Part shown: piece by piece, positions 39,085 through 53,263 of the stretch | Position numbering within the stretch: the stretch's first letter is position 1 | How the letters are laid out: each line of letters begins with the position of its first letter | Assembly: GCF_006345805.1 (NCBI RefSeq) | Contig: NC_042997.1 | Location: 27,466,001 to 27,530,000 of the forward strand | Source of the DNA: Octopus sinensis | Taxonomy: Eukaryota | Direction: 5' to 3' | DNA: 64,000 nucleotides | The notes under the pieces: model-generated | The model's database searches: none | Told to the model about the DNA's origin: nothing | Seen by the model: the letters and a program-made list of their open reading frames with translations, nothing else | Translations under genes and position numbers: made by a program

Positions 39085-39841
39085 CTTTTACTTGTTCCAG
39101 TCATTTCATTGTGGCCATACGGGAGCACCACCTTCAATCGAACGAATCAGCCCCAAAACGTATTCTCAGTAAGCCTAATACTTACTCTATCGATATCTTT
39201 TGCCGAACATCTACGTTACTGGGACGTAAGCACACTAACATCGATTGCCAAGCAATAGTGTGGGGAGAAACTCAGACACACAAATATATATATATATATT
39301 TCATCACACACAACAAATATATATAAATATTTTATCACACACATGGACCAAATTTTTCCTCAAGAAAAAATATATATTCAAATAAATAAAACATAATATC
39401 ATGAATAGCGATAGCGAAACCAGTCGATATATTAAAGATTATATTAAAACTATGTAAGTGTGCGTATTTTCCTTTTTTAATTTCTGATATATATATATAT
39501 ATATTTAAATAATGAGGGAGATAAATTAATATTAATTTAATTAATATCAATTTGAAAGCAGTAGCCTAGCACACAAAAATCTGAAAAATCAGAGAATATT
39601 CTAATACATGTGTATATTCAAAGGGCAAGACAACTAGGTAGTCGGCCGTATGCTAGAAATAGATCACCTACGATCAAACTACAAAGAAAAGAATGTTCTC
39701 TAGAGGAAAATTCAGCAGACACCAGAACAATTTTCTTTGTAGTTTGATCGTAGGTGATCTATTTCTAGCATACGGGCGACTACCTAGTGGTCTTGTCCTT
39801 TGAATACACACACACACACACACACCACACACACACACACT

Positions 39842-39873
<32 letters not shown>

Positions 39874-39891
39874 TAGATTCATACATACATA

Positions 39892-39934
<43 letters not shown>

Positions 39935-40092
39935 TACAGACTTCTTTCAGATTTTGCGTACCAAATCCACTCACAAGAATTTAGCTGGTCCGAGGCTATA
40001 ATAGAAGACAGCTACCCGATGTGCCGCGCAGTTGAACCCAAAACCATATGGCTGAGAAGCAAGCTTCTTACCACACAGTCACGCCTGCGGCT
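39085..40092 (-). mobile_element. SINE family 1 split by an insertion (~39300-39900) in its microsatellite core
   Basis: 3' half at 39085-39290, 5' half at 39915-40092. Confidence 0.6.
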
Positions 40093-40522
40093 AGATAATT
40101 TCCGAGAGGAAGAAATTTCCTGTATCTTTATATCAATGACCACCGCCTTGTCACCCACGCACACATTATTCGTGATATAAGGTAAAAGTAATGATAAATA
40201 AAACTGTAGAAGACACGTCCTGTTCATTTGAACAAAGTGTTCTATATAAAAGCATGTAGATAAGAATCTTAACTTTTGCAATTAATGGTAATTAACGCCG
40301 GATTTACAACGCAACGGAAGCATAAATTTCCGTGAAGTTTTAGTTCTTTTTGTTTGTTTTTATGAACTCACCCGTTGAAAGGGTGTATATATAAATAAAC
40401 GTAAGACAGGTGGTTTCATTAACGTAGCAAGTCATGTCGAGAAAGATATACTCGTAGGCCCTGTAAGAAAAATTTCGTTCGAAGATTGTAGTTTTCTATA
40501 ACCAAGTTTTACAAGAATTACG

Positions 40523-40528
40523 ATGAAG
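40523..40528 (+). CDS. Candidate micro first exon (MK) of IL-17 copy C
   Basis: ATG AAG|gtaatt, phase 0, ~132 nt downstream of TATAAATAAA at ~40390; TTCCGTGAA (GAS/STAT-like) at 40328-40336. Confidence 0.4.
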
Positions 40529-40599
40529 GTAATTGATGTAACATACTTTGTCTGATATATTTCTTTGTAGTTATGTGATAATTTAAGCTGATATATCAT

Positions 40600-40841
40600 T
40601 TATCTTTTATTTGTTTCAGACATTAAACAGCGGTCATGCTGGAGCACAGCCTTGAAGAATTTCTAGTAGAATGGATCGACCATACTACATTTTTTTTCTT
40701 TCTTAAGCCCGGTATTATTCTTTTGGATTCTTTCGCCAAACCGCTAGATTACAACACCTAAGAACAGAAAAACACAAATACACACACACACACACACACA
40801 CACACACCCACTAACACACAAACACACACACACACTCACTA

Positions 40842-40876
<35 letters not shown>

Positions 40877-41030
40877 CGATGGGCTTCTTTCAGTTTCCGT
40901 CTACCAAATTCACTCACAAGACATTGGTGGGCCTAAGGCTATAGTAGAACAAACGTGCCTAAGGCACCACGCAGCGGGGCTGAGCCCGTAGCCGCATGAT
41001 TGGGAAGCAAGTTTCTTGCTACACACCTAT
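40600..41030 (-). mobile_element. SINE family 1 (diverged)
   Basis: Tail, CAGTTTCCGTCTACCAAAT core and head motifs. Confidence 0.7.
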
Positions 41031-41192
41031 GGCTGTTCCTAGATATACATATATAAAACACATGTGTGTGTGCACGCGCATGTATATATTATATATATAT
41101 ATAATTATATATATATATATACATATACATGTATATACATGTATATATATTTATATATATATAGACCAAAATACTTTGATGACAATATAATA

Positions 41193-41240
<48 letters not shown>

Positions 41241-42598
41241 CATGTATATTATGTATATATAATGATCACGCGACTTTGATTTTGAAACAACCTTGAATGC
41301 CCCTTGAATGTTTGTTGACTGGCACTTTGGTGAGAAGCAACGTGATTTAGTGGCCTAACTCCTTCAAACAAGAGGCAACATTCTAAGTGAGCCAACTGCT
41401 TGAATTGTTAATGCGGCGCATTTACTATCTTCGGCTATATTACCTGATTCAAAATTCCGCCGAGGTTGACTTTACCTTTCATCTTATTTAGATTCATAAA
41501 ATAAGTACTATTTGAGCATTGGTTTGATGTAATCAATCAAACCGTTTCCCAAAAATTCGAGCATTATGCTTATTAAAGAAAGAAAAATACGTTTATTACA
41601 CACATGTGAGTGAGAACACTTTGAAATATTTTTGGTATCTAACATATGTCAGATACTGCGAGCGCTGCTTCTGATTGGTCAATCCATGGTGATGACCCGA
41701 GGTCACGGTGACAGCGCTGCTTCTGATTGGTTAATTCATGGTGATGACCTGAGGTCACGGTGACGGCACTACTTTTGTCATTCATAAGTTACAACTAAAC
41801 GTGAAGAATTTAGTTATTGGGTTAATAAAATATGGTCGTTTATTCGTGTGTAATAAATAAAATACCATACTCATTCCCTATGGATACCGTATTTTTACAA
41901 CTCGTGGCCACTCGTAATGAATACAGTATCCATAGGGAACTCGTTTGGTATTCTCTCTATCTAAAATTGTCGATTTTGTGCAACCTATGTCACACATCAC
42001 CTGTCACTTGCTTATAATTACGGATTTACAGGTTCTAAAATTACATTTGTTGACTAATGAACTCATACTATCACTCTTGTTCTGTATTATTCTTCTGTTT
42101 TGTTTCTCGCACAGTCTGTCTTCCTTGACTGAAACACTAATATCGACAGATGTTTTACGTCATTGAGACAGAAATATTTTGTAAAATATATTCTTTATCT
42201 CATACTTGTTCCAGTGAATGAACCACGGCCATGCTGGGGTACCAGCTTGAAGGGTTTAGTAGAACAAATCGGCCCTGGTCCTTATTACTTTTAAGTCCGA
42301 TAACTTACTCTATCGATCCCTTTTACCTTACTGTTAGGATACGGCGATGTAAGCAAATCAATACCAATTGTCAAGTTTTGGTAGGAGAGAGACGTAAATA
42401 TAAACACACATACACACACACAAGCACACATACACACACACAAACACACACACGCACACACACACACACACATATATATATATGTGTGTGTGTGTGTGTG
42501 TATGTGTGTTTATATTTGCGTCTCTCTCCTACCAATACTTGACAATTGGTATTGATTTGTTTACACACACACACACAAACACACACACGCACACACTC

Positions 42599-42630
<32 letters not shown>

Positions 42631-42959
42631 GTGTGTGTATGTGTGTGTGTGTGTGTGTGTAATTTTACTTACAAAGTATTAGTCAATCCGGAGTTATAAT
42701 AGAAGCTATTTGTCCAGCGTACTGCCCCGCAATAAATCTGAACCCGAAACCATGTAGTTGAGAAGCGAACATCTTAACAACACATCCATTCTTTACTATC
42801 TTCTTTTTTTCCATTTTTCTTTTCAACATATAATTTCATAACCTAACTTTCGTCCAACATTTTAGAAGACAAATATTTATTTTTTATTTATGGGCCCTTT
42901 TCAAGCCTAGCCAGGCTCATGGGCCCGGTTTCTCTGTTTCTGTGGCATATGTGTTCCCC

Positions 42960-43170
42960 CAGCTGGACTGGACGCCAGTCCATCAAGAAACAGAAGCGAG
43001 TGTGAGAGAATGTTGGGGCGAAAGATTACAACAGGGGTCACCATCACTCCCTGCCGGAGCCTCGTTTTTGCTCAATAAACACACACAACGCGCGGTCTGG
43101 GAATCGAAACCGCGATTCTCCGACCGCGAATCCGCTGCCCTAACCACTGTGTCATTGCGCCTCCACTTCA
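42960..43170 (-). mobile_element. SINE family 2, partial
   Basis: Similar to head of 50052-50420. Confidence 0.65.
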
Positions 43171-43319
43171 AGACAAATAGTTTGAGACATAATTTCTCAT
43201 AAAATAATGTACATGTCTAAGTAAAATATTCGTCTTATATCTGATTATTCAGAGACATGTATGTTTTAACAGAAAGTAAGATATATTATATGATTAATAG
43301 GTTGTTTATTTTCTTACAG

Positions 43320-43846
43320 GTTTTTTTCCCAGTATATAATCTTCTTTCTTAGTGTAGCTTTCATTGCCCCAGCGGCTTCATGTCTGACACAATATACAAT
43401 ACCAACCAACTTAATGGTCCATTACAACAGTCTATCCAAAGCCGCCATTGGCAGGAATTTTTTTTTCTTCCGCCCAAATGGCTCTAGCCGAAGGTAACGA
43501 GCCAGTATTGACCGTAGGGGATAAAACTTGCCCACCATCTTCACTATCTACTGATATCCTTGAACGTTCAACCTGCCGTTGGTATCTTAAAATTACCTAT
43601 GATTCAACAATTTTCCCGCCATCACGTACCGAAGTAGTATGTCACTGTAGAAACTGTCCCGACTCTGACAGTCATTACCAATGTGGGATGGTATACACTA
43701 AAATGACTGTCCTCAAACGTACAGGTAAATGTGTAGCTGGACTGTACGTATATAAACCAAGTATGATTCAGGTAGCCACAGCTTGTGTATGTGCGCATAA
43801 AATCGATGTAATAACCGGAGGAAATGACGATGAATTTGAGTCGTAA
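43320..43846 (+). pseudogene. IL17: IL-17-like paralog C, main exon with two +1 frameshifts (pseudogene or homopolymer error)
   Basis: Acceptor ttttcttacag at 43319; LSKAAIGRN, GDKTCP, ERSTCRWYLKITYD, VVCHCRNC, QCGMVY, GKCVAG, VATACVC; extra base near T7 (43321-43327) and in T9 (43458-43466). Confidence 0.85.
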
Positions 43847-43945
43847 AACGGACAAGTAACTAATTCTGAACTGCGTGTAATGCAGAAGTTACTAATAATA
43901 TTATGAAACTTGACCACTGAGTGGTTATTATAATTTATACACATA

Positions 43946-44353
43946 GGCGCAGGAGTGACTGTGTGGTAAGTAGCTTGCTTACCAACCTCATGGTTCCGGG
44001 TTCAGTCCCACTGCGTGGCTCCTTGGGCAAGTGTCTTCTACTATAGCCCCGGTCCGACCAATGCCTTGTGAGTGGATTTGGTAGACGGAAACTGAAAGAA
44101 GCCTGTCGTATATATGTATATATATATATGTGTGTGTATATGTTTGTGTGTCTGTGTTTGTCCCCCTAGCATTGCTTGACAACCGATGCTGGTGTGTTTA
44201 CATCCCCGTCACCTAGCGGTTCGGCAAAAGAGACCGGTAGAATAAGTACTGGGCTTACAAAGAATAAGTCCTGCGGTCGATTTGCTCGACTAAAGGCGGT
44301 GCTCCAGCATGGTCGCAGTCAAATGACTGAAACAAGTAAAAGAGTAAAGAGTA
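43946..44353 (+). mobile_element. SINE family 1, full length, ~100 bp 3' of IL-17 C stop
   Basis: Complete head-to-tail motifs. Confidence 0.9.
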
Positions 44354-44589
44354 TATCACACGCACACAAACACATAAGCACACACACAGCTCCTACATGC
44401 ATCTTGTAAATAATTTTTATGCGTTATAAATTATTGTATTAACTGATATATTTAATATATATGTTCTTACCTATAATTGGCTTATTTCATTATGTTAACT
44501 GAATATATTTACAGCGTATCCCCAAAAATCAAGGCTTCCAAACAGAATCATTATCATTTGAATAGCTGTTCACATATATATATAAATAT

Positions 44590-44920
44590 GCACTCGGCCA
44601 TGCATTGATCCTCATAGCTTCGGGCTGACCAAAGCTTTGTGAGTGGATTTGGTAGATGGAAACTGAAAGAAGCCCTGGTATATATGTGTATGTGTGTGTG
44701 TGTGTGTGTGTATGTATGTGTGTCAGTGTTTGCCCCCACCACTACCACCAACATCGATTGACAACCGATGGTGGTGTGTTTACGTCACCGTAACTTCGCG
44801 GTTCGGCAAAACAGAACGATAGAATAAGTACTAGGATTCCAAAGAATAAGTCCTGGGGTCAATTTGCTCGATTAAGGGTGGTGCTCCAGCATAGACGCAA
44901 TCAAATGATTGAAACAAGTA
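44590..44920 (+). mobile_element. SINE family 1, 5'-truncated
   Basis: Core and tail motifs. Confidence 0.7.
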
Positions 44921-45569
44921 GAGAGGAACACATTCGAATGGACTTCAATGACGGTTACGCTGAAGTCGTGATTCCATTTAAATTCTTGATTGTAACTATA
45001 TGAGGTCACTCGTACATATAGGGATTTCTGACATAATCGCAGAGGCATAAATTTGAGGGTATAGAAGAGCTGATTCTCTCCAATCAACTTTGTAGAATAA
45101 AATTTATTTTACTGATGAGGAAGACAGCGACTAAATGAGTGAAGAAACCACAAAAGTAACATCTGAAGTTTCAGTCAACCATGTATATATATATACGTAT
45201 GTATGTATGTATGTATGTATGTATGTATGTATGTATGTATGTATGTATGTATGTATGTATGTACGTACGTATGTATGTATGTATGTATGTATGTACGTAC
45301 GTATGTATGAATGTATGTATGTATGCATGCATGCATGCATGTATGTATGTATGTATGTATGTATGTATATATATGGTTGTAATTTATGGAAAAACAAAAG
45401 TGTATGAACAACAAGCAGAGTAGGTGTATTCGCTTGACGCTCGGAAAAATGAAAAAATCTTTTACATTTTGAGCAGATGCTCTTAAACAGAAATGAATAC
45501 GAGGAAATAAACAGAGAGGGAATGAACAAAAGGTGTAGAGTTCAGCGGTCCATATATATGTATATATAT

Positions 45570-46230
<661 letters not shown>

Positions 46231-46269
46231 TTTTATTATTATTTATTATTATTATCATTATTATTATTA

Positions 46270-47175
46270 TTATTATTATTATTACTTTTTTTTTCTTCTT
46301 TCAAATTTGCTTCCATTTCTTGCCAAGTGTCTTCCCGACTCCTAGGGCAAAGAAACTCATAGTATACATTGGTAGGCCATTAAACCAAACTCAGTAGTTC
46401 GTTCATTTTTTTTATTGTTTTTTTTATTTTTTTAAAGTTAAATTAAAATACATGAGCAGCAACAGTTCTCACATCGACAATGCTCTTCTCATACGTGTGA
46501 TGTACCAGTTAAGACAATCTTGCACTTCTGCAGGGATGGTAACCAGGGATCATTCTCATATAATTTTCGGTTCCCTTCTTGATCATTCCTAGTGCTCCTA
46601 CGATCACTGGTATTGTAACCGCCTTGAGATACCACATTTTCTCAATTTCAATGAGTAGGTCTTTATATTTTCTGAGCTTGTCAAACTCTTTCGCTGAGAT
46701 ATTATGACCACTGGGGATGCTCATGTCGATCAATAAGCAAACTTTATTGTTTTGGTCTTTCACAACAATATCTGGTTTATTGGCCTTGATGGTTCGGTCT
46801 GTATGTACTGGAAAGTCCCACAGAATGGTTACATTTTCAACTTCAGTTACAGCCTCAGGGTGGTGATTATACCACTTGTCGGCAGTTTTGATATTGTAAT
46901 GCCGACTTATTAGCCAGTGGAGATATTGGCCAACTCTGTCATGTCTTAATTTATACTCCACTGGTGCTAAGACTTTACATCCAGAGATTAGGTGGTCCAC
47001 TGTTTCAATCATGTCGTTGCAGAATCGGCACTTTGAGTCTGCTCCATTTTTCATCACATTGGCCTGGTAGTTCCGGGTTAATAGGCTTTGATCTTGAGCA
47101 GCCAGGATGAAACCTTCGCTCTCTGCTTTTAGCCCTGAGCTCCGTAGCCACTGATGGGTTTGCTTCTGGTCAACA
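46270..47175 (-). mobile_element. R4/Dong-type element, third family, 3' fragment
   Basis: CRFC..ETVDHLISGC...RHDRVGQYLHW...KPDIVVKD..LIDMSIP..KLRKYKDL; bounded by (ATT)n. Confidence 0.88.
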
Positions 47176-47179
47176 TCAG

Positions 47180-47192
47180 CTTGTTATTATTA

Positions 47193-47247
<55 letters not shown>

Positions 47248-47269
47248 ATTATTATTATTATTATTATTA

Positions 47270-47302
<33 letters not shown>

Positions 47303-47325
47303 CATTATCATCATCATCATCATCA

Positions 47326-47372
<47 letters not shown>

Positions 47373-47381
47373 ATCATCATC

Positions 47382-47417
<36 letters not shown>

Positions 47418-47647
47418 ATCATCATCATCATCATCGTCGTCGTCGTCGTCGTTGTCGTTGTTGTTGTTATTGTTATTGTTATTGCTATTGCTATTGCTAT
47501 TGCTATTGTTATTGTAATTGTTATTGTTATTGTTATTGATATTGCTATTGCTATTGTTATTGTTATTGCTATTGCTATTGCTATTGTTATTGTTATTGTT
47601 ATTGTTATTATTATTATATTATTTTCATTATCATTATCATTATCATT

Positions 47648-47718
<71 letters not shown>

Positions 47719-47752
47719 CATTATTATTATTATTATTATTATTATTGTTATT

Positions 47753-47784
<32 letters not shown>

Positions 47785-47800
47785 GTTGTTGTTGTTGAGG
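47180..47800. repeat. Compound trinucleotide microsatellite (TTA, TCA, TCG, TTG, GCT/GTT variants)
   Basis: Direct reading. Confidence 0.95.
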
Positions 47801-48199
47801 TGGCATATTCGCCAAAAGGCACAGGTATAGATCTCTCACTAAAATGATTGATGGTGTTAGTCCCCACCCAAAACAGTCTTCATTCAAACAGTAATGTTTC
47901 TGGCGGCAGGCTTCAAATGTGAACGTCAGATTCGGATTTAAACGGTCATAATGAAAAATCCCTTTCTATATCCTACCAAACACCGAATACGTTTTTCTTT
48001 GGGTGAAATCCACCACTTGGATGTAGCTGCTGAGTGTTTAATACTTATTAATGCTGTGTTTAATTCTGTAGTCAAGAATCCAATTTTTATCACCATTCTT
48101 TCTCTACAAGATTTGTTCTGACTAGCAATGCTGGTGCTGAGTAGCACCCTCAGTCACTTTACTGATGGCTATACTTATATGTGTGTGTGTGTGTTTTCT

Positions 48200-48900
48200 T
48201 TTTTAGTCTCTTGCTACTTTCAACCAGAGGATGTAGCTATACTGGAGCACCTCCTTTCTGTCTTTTGAGGATCTCTTTTCGGTACTGTTTTTTATGAAGA
48301 AGCGTGCTGGAAGAAGCTCTCTGCTTTGTACCTCCTGGCGCGATATGGGCTCATCTTGGATTGCAGATAGAAATTTGTTCACGTGCTTTTTGAACGTTAC
48401 TACACCTACATTTTGCAGATCACTTGTGTCCTTCGGTAGAATGTTAAACAGTTGTGGCCTCTTGAAACCAAAGCTGTTGCAATACTGGGCCCTTATTTGA
48501 GATGAAGAAAGCAATTTCTTTGGTATTATGCAGTTCCGTCTAGTTCGGAGGTTGTCATAACTTTTATTTCCCAAGTTGGGAGCTAGACCTTCCACGATCT
48601 TGCATATGTATATCTCTGCATACTTTTCTCTCTTTCTCTCCAGGGAGTAGAAGTTCAGTTCTTGTAGCCTCTCCCAGCACCTCATCTGTTTTACAGAGTC
48701 AATCTTCTTTCCGTAGTGGCGCTGGATTGCTTCAAGTTCCGGCGCCAATTCGAATCTCTGGGGCGACCACAGTTGAGAGAAGTAATTCAGACGACCGAGT
48801 AATATCGTCCTCCATAGAAGGATCATGTTGTCCTTATTTCTGATTCCGAATGATCTAAGGATTCATCCAGCTGCTCGCGTGTACAATATTTGAAAACGCC
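48200..48900 (-). mobile_element. CR1/L2-like LINE 3' fragment
   Basis: LGRLNYFSQLWSP...LEAIQR...WERLQELNFYSLERKREK...FNILPKD. Confidence 0.8.
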
Positions 48901-48959
48901 TACATCCACTTTGTGCAGGTTACTTAGGCTCTTTGGGAGAATATTAATAAGCTGTGGGC

Positions 48960-49320
48960 CTCTGAGACCCAGGCTGTTGCACTAACTGGTCCTGAAGCAC
49001 AATGACATTGCTGGGATCTTTAACACTATACAGTGGCGACCCCTTCTGGCATTGGTGTAGTTTTCAATGCCAAAATTTGGCACAATTCCTTCCAGGATCT
49101 TCCAGATGCGTATTACCACATACCTCTCCTGCCTTCGCTCCAGGGAGTAGAATCTTAGCTGTTTCAGCCTTTCCCAGTTGCTGAGGTGTTGCAAAGAAAC
49201 GATCTTCTTTGTGAAGCTTTGCTGGATTGCTTCAAGGTCCGCTGTTAATTTTACACTATTGGGTGACCATAGCTTGGAGCAGTAATCCAGGCGGCTGAAG
49301 ACGAATTTCCCCCAGAGGAC
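48960..49320 (-). mobile_element. CR1/L2-like LINE 3' fragment (second, related)
   Basis: FSRLDYCSKLWSP...WERLKQLRFYSLERRQERY. Confidence 0.8.
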
Positions 49321-49970
49321 ATTCATATATATATATATATATATATGAAGCGAACTTGTGAAATATATATCACGTCAAAATATTTTTGACAATTCAATTC
49401 CCAGGTGAAGATGCTTGTGTGATTAGATGAAAATCTTAGTTGATTAGGTAATATGTCATGTATTAGAAAGCAACCGGTTTGTTGGAATTTAAGAAATGGT
49501 ATAAAATATAAAGATTTGATCAAATTAACATCAAATATGTTTTAAAATCCGACGTCGAATTTACTGAAGATAATGGTCTGCTATATAAGTAAAACGTATC
49601 TTTATGACAGCCAGATTGACACTGACTTACACCACATGATCTTTTAACACGAAGAAGTAAATGAAATGTAGATAAAAGAGTGAAAGATGTATGACGTGTA
49701 TTTTAACTCTCCCTGCATTATGCAAATTATATATTATGCTAATTTTAGCTAATACTTCTGGTTTATACTTATAGTTTCATAAAATATACTAAGATTTATG
49801 TCATATGCTAAGTACGTTAACGACGTCTCATTATACATAAATAAAGTAAGGGCCGCTGAGGTTATTAAGAACGTATGTCACCTCGAAGCAGAACACACTT
49901 AAACTTTATTCAAAGAACATCAGAGTGCCATCGGCTTCATTTTTCCAGTTGCAAGTTAACAGGCATAACA

Positions 49971-49985
49971 ATGAAATTCGCGAAA
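49971..49985 (+). CDS. Candidate micro first exon (MKFAK) with no partner exon found in window
   Basis: aacaATG AAA TTC GCG AAA|GTAAGT, phase 0; ATAAATAAAGTAAG ~133 nt upstream, matching motif and spacing of the 40390/40523 pair. Confidence 0.45.
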
Positions 49986-50051
49986 GTAAGTAAACTTAAT
50001 ATTATCGAATGTATTTAGGTCAGTAACCATTTAACCATTATTACATACACA

Positions 50052-50420
50052 GTGGAGGCGCAATGGCCCAGTGGTTAGGGCAGCGGACTCGCGGTCATAG
50101 CATCGCGGTTTCGATTCCCAGACCGGGCGTTGTGAGTGTTTATTGAGCGAAAACACCTAAAGCTCCACGAGGCTCCGACAGAGGATGGTGGTGATTCCTG
50201 CTGTACTCTTTCACCACAACTTTCTCTCACTCTTACTTCCTGTATTTCAAAGGGCCGGCCTTGTCACTCTCTGTGTCACGCTGAATATCCCCGAGAACTA
50301 CGTTAAGGGTACACGTGTCTGTGGAGTGCTCAGCCACTTACACGTTAATTTCACGAGCAGGCTGTTCCGTTGATTCGGATCAACCGGAACCATCGTCGTC
50401 GTAACCGACGGAGTGCTTCC
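50052..50420 (+). mobile_element. tRNA-derived SINE family 2
   Basis: GGAGGCGCAATGGCCCAGTGGTTAGG...GTTTCGATTCCC head; inverted copy at 54465-54852. Confidence 0.85.
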
Positions 50421-50684
50421 ATTACATACACAGGAACACACACACACACACACACTCACAAACACGGTTTTCGTCTACCAACGCCACTCACTTGGCCTTT
50501 TCGACACGAGCTATAACAGAAGACACTTGTCGAAGGTTCCACGCAGGCAAGGCAACGTGGTATGAAGTTTGCTTTCCTAGGCGTGGCAATTAGGGCAAAT
50601 ATCCCCTACTAAAACCGACCAGCAGCCGACTAAACTTTGTGAGTGGATTGCTGTATCTCTCTTCTCTCTACACACACACATATA

Positions 50685-50727
<43 letters not shown>

Positions 50728-50803
50728 TATTCTTTTACTTATTTCAGTCATTTGTCTGAGTATAACATACATACATACATACATACATACATACATACAA
50801 TAC

Positions 50804-50882
<79 letters not shown>

Positions 50883-52815
50883 TATATATATAGAACGATA
50901 AGGGAAATTTAGAAGGAACTGTTCGAATTGATTCATACGTATACTTATTTAGTTTTGTGTTTAAAATTTTACAGTGAATTTCTATTTGATTGCATGGATT
51001 TGTTCCTTCTAAAATTTCCCTTATCCCTCGATTTAACTCGCGATGAGCACGTCTTAATACGGTCCATATATTGTGAAGTGTACTTAAAAATATACTTTAT
51101 AAGAAAATTTAACTTTATATATATGTGTAGGTGTGTGTGTGTGCGTGTGTGTGTGTATGTGTGTGTATATACATGCTTGCATGTTTGTTGTTATGTTTGT
51201 CTTTATATTAGACCCCCACCGCCGATCGGCTACAGTTGTTGGTTTGTTTACGTCCTCGTAGCTTAGCACCTCGGCAAAGGATACCAATCGAATAAATACC
51301 AGACTTTAAAAGACATGTACTGTGAACGATTTGTTCGACTAAACTTTTCAAGAAGGTGCCCCTGCATGGCCGCGACCAATGGCAAGCAAGTAAAAGATAA
51401 AATATGTGTGTGTGTGGTGTGTGCGCGTGTGCTGTGTGTATGTGTGGTGCGTGTGTATGTGGTGGAGGTCGGTAGGTATTATTTATTTATGTACCCATAT
51501 GTTTGTGTTTGTGTGCAAACGATTGCTTGTATATGGACACTCACGCACACACATATAAATGTTTCTCTCATATTCTGTCTATTAGGAAACAAAACTGCTC
51601 TGAGATTTGTGGTGACAGGCCTCGAAGTCCTTAAGTAAATACCACAATATTTCTGAGTATTATTCTCAGTGATAATGCACGAGATAACTGGACAATATGC
51701 AAGATATTTTCATATGCTGTGAATTTAAAGAGCAACATTACTGTTAAACGTTTGGCGTTGATGTTTGTATCTTCCAGTGAATTTCAAATTGGTCTGAAAT
51801 TGCAATTGAGTAGAAATTTGTGTTTTACTTCGATATGATGTATGTTTATTATGTTTAACTAATGTTACTAAAATTCTCATTGATGTGAAAGCTTCCAAAA
51901 TAATGTTTAGATACCAAAGCTGATATTTACACAAAGATCTACGAAGAGGATAAACGAGAATGTCTGAAAGATAAAAATTAATGCATAACCAATTTCAGTG
52001 AGAATATAGAACAAGCCAAACGCAATAAATGGAAAGGTTGTTTTCAACAGGTGAAGAAACTCGATGAAGAATATACTGCAAAGACTGGCAATATCAAGTG
52101 ATAAGAAGGATTAGTCCTAACAGCAGCTCAAATGCTTATACAAGAACCGCACTAAATCTCTCACTCATATTATTATCGACCCGAGAATTTAACTACGGTC
52201 CTTCCATAGCACTTACATAGCGCTACCTTATACCTTGAGTTTTCTGGATACCAATACCTCTCATAACTTTTACATATATATATATATATATATATGTATG
52301 TATATTATATATGTATATCAAATGGTCATAATGCACCAAGAAATTCTAATTTAGTGATCCGAAGGTCGCCATGGTTGACACAGATTAAGGGCATGAGAAA
52401 GAACTTGAACCATTAAGAAATGAGGTAGAAAAAGCTCTGGAAACGACTAATAAAACACAGGAAAACATCAGGTCTAGATACAATACCGATTTAACTGATC
52501 AGGGGGAGAGGAGAGAGTGCCAAAACAACACTCCGCAAACTATGCTGTTAGATCTACAGAGTAGAAGAATGGCCGTCAGACTGGTGCACAGCAGACGATG
52601 TACCCATAAACGAAGAGGGGGGGCTGCTTATGTGTGAAAGTTACTAGATATTTTCTCTGATACCACATGCAAGTAAAGTACTTTTCATCATCATCTTAGA
52701 ACCTTTGAAACCATTCCCCGAACAAGAAATAGCTAAAGAGTAGGCTGACTTTAGAGCGGTCATTGGACAAGGATCATCTGCAATCAATGTCCGCACAATT
52801 TTAGAAAAACTAATA

Positions 52816-52984
52816 CAGGAGTGACTGTGTGGAAGTAGCTTCTTTACCAACCACATGTTCCGGGTTCAGTCCCACTGCGTTGCACTTGGCAATGTCTTCT
52901 ACTATAGCCTCGGCCACCAAAGCCTTGTGGGTGGATTTTGAAACGGAAACTGAAAGCCCTCGTATATAGTATATATATATATAT

Positions 52985-53023
<39 letters not shown>

Positions 53024-53051
53024 GATATATATATCATATGTATATATATAC

Positions 53052-53083
<32 letters not shown>

Positions 53084-53263
53084 TGTATGTCTGTGTTTGT
53101 CCCCCCAACATCGCTCGTTGAACCGACGCTGGTGTGTTTATGTCCCCGTCACTTAGCGGTTCGGCAAAAGGGACCGATAGAATAAGTCCCGGGGTCGAGT
53201 TGCTCGATTAAAGGCGGTGCTCCAGCATGGCCGCAGGCAAATGACTGAAACAAGTAAAAGAGT
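52816..53263 (+). mobile_element. SINE family 1
   Basis: Head-to-tail motifs. Confidence 0.85.

Noticed and set aside
43946-44030. tRNA-like heads with A/B boxes (here and in other SINE copies)
   Set aside because: They continue into SINE bodies and lack a complete cloverleaf; not tRNA genes
45110-45165. CTGATGAG...GAAAC hammerhead-like string
   Set aside because: Intervening sequence does not form a stem II; probably a decayed Penelope end
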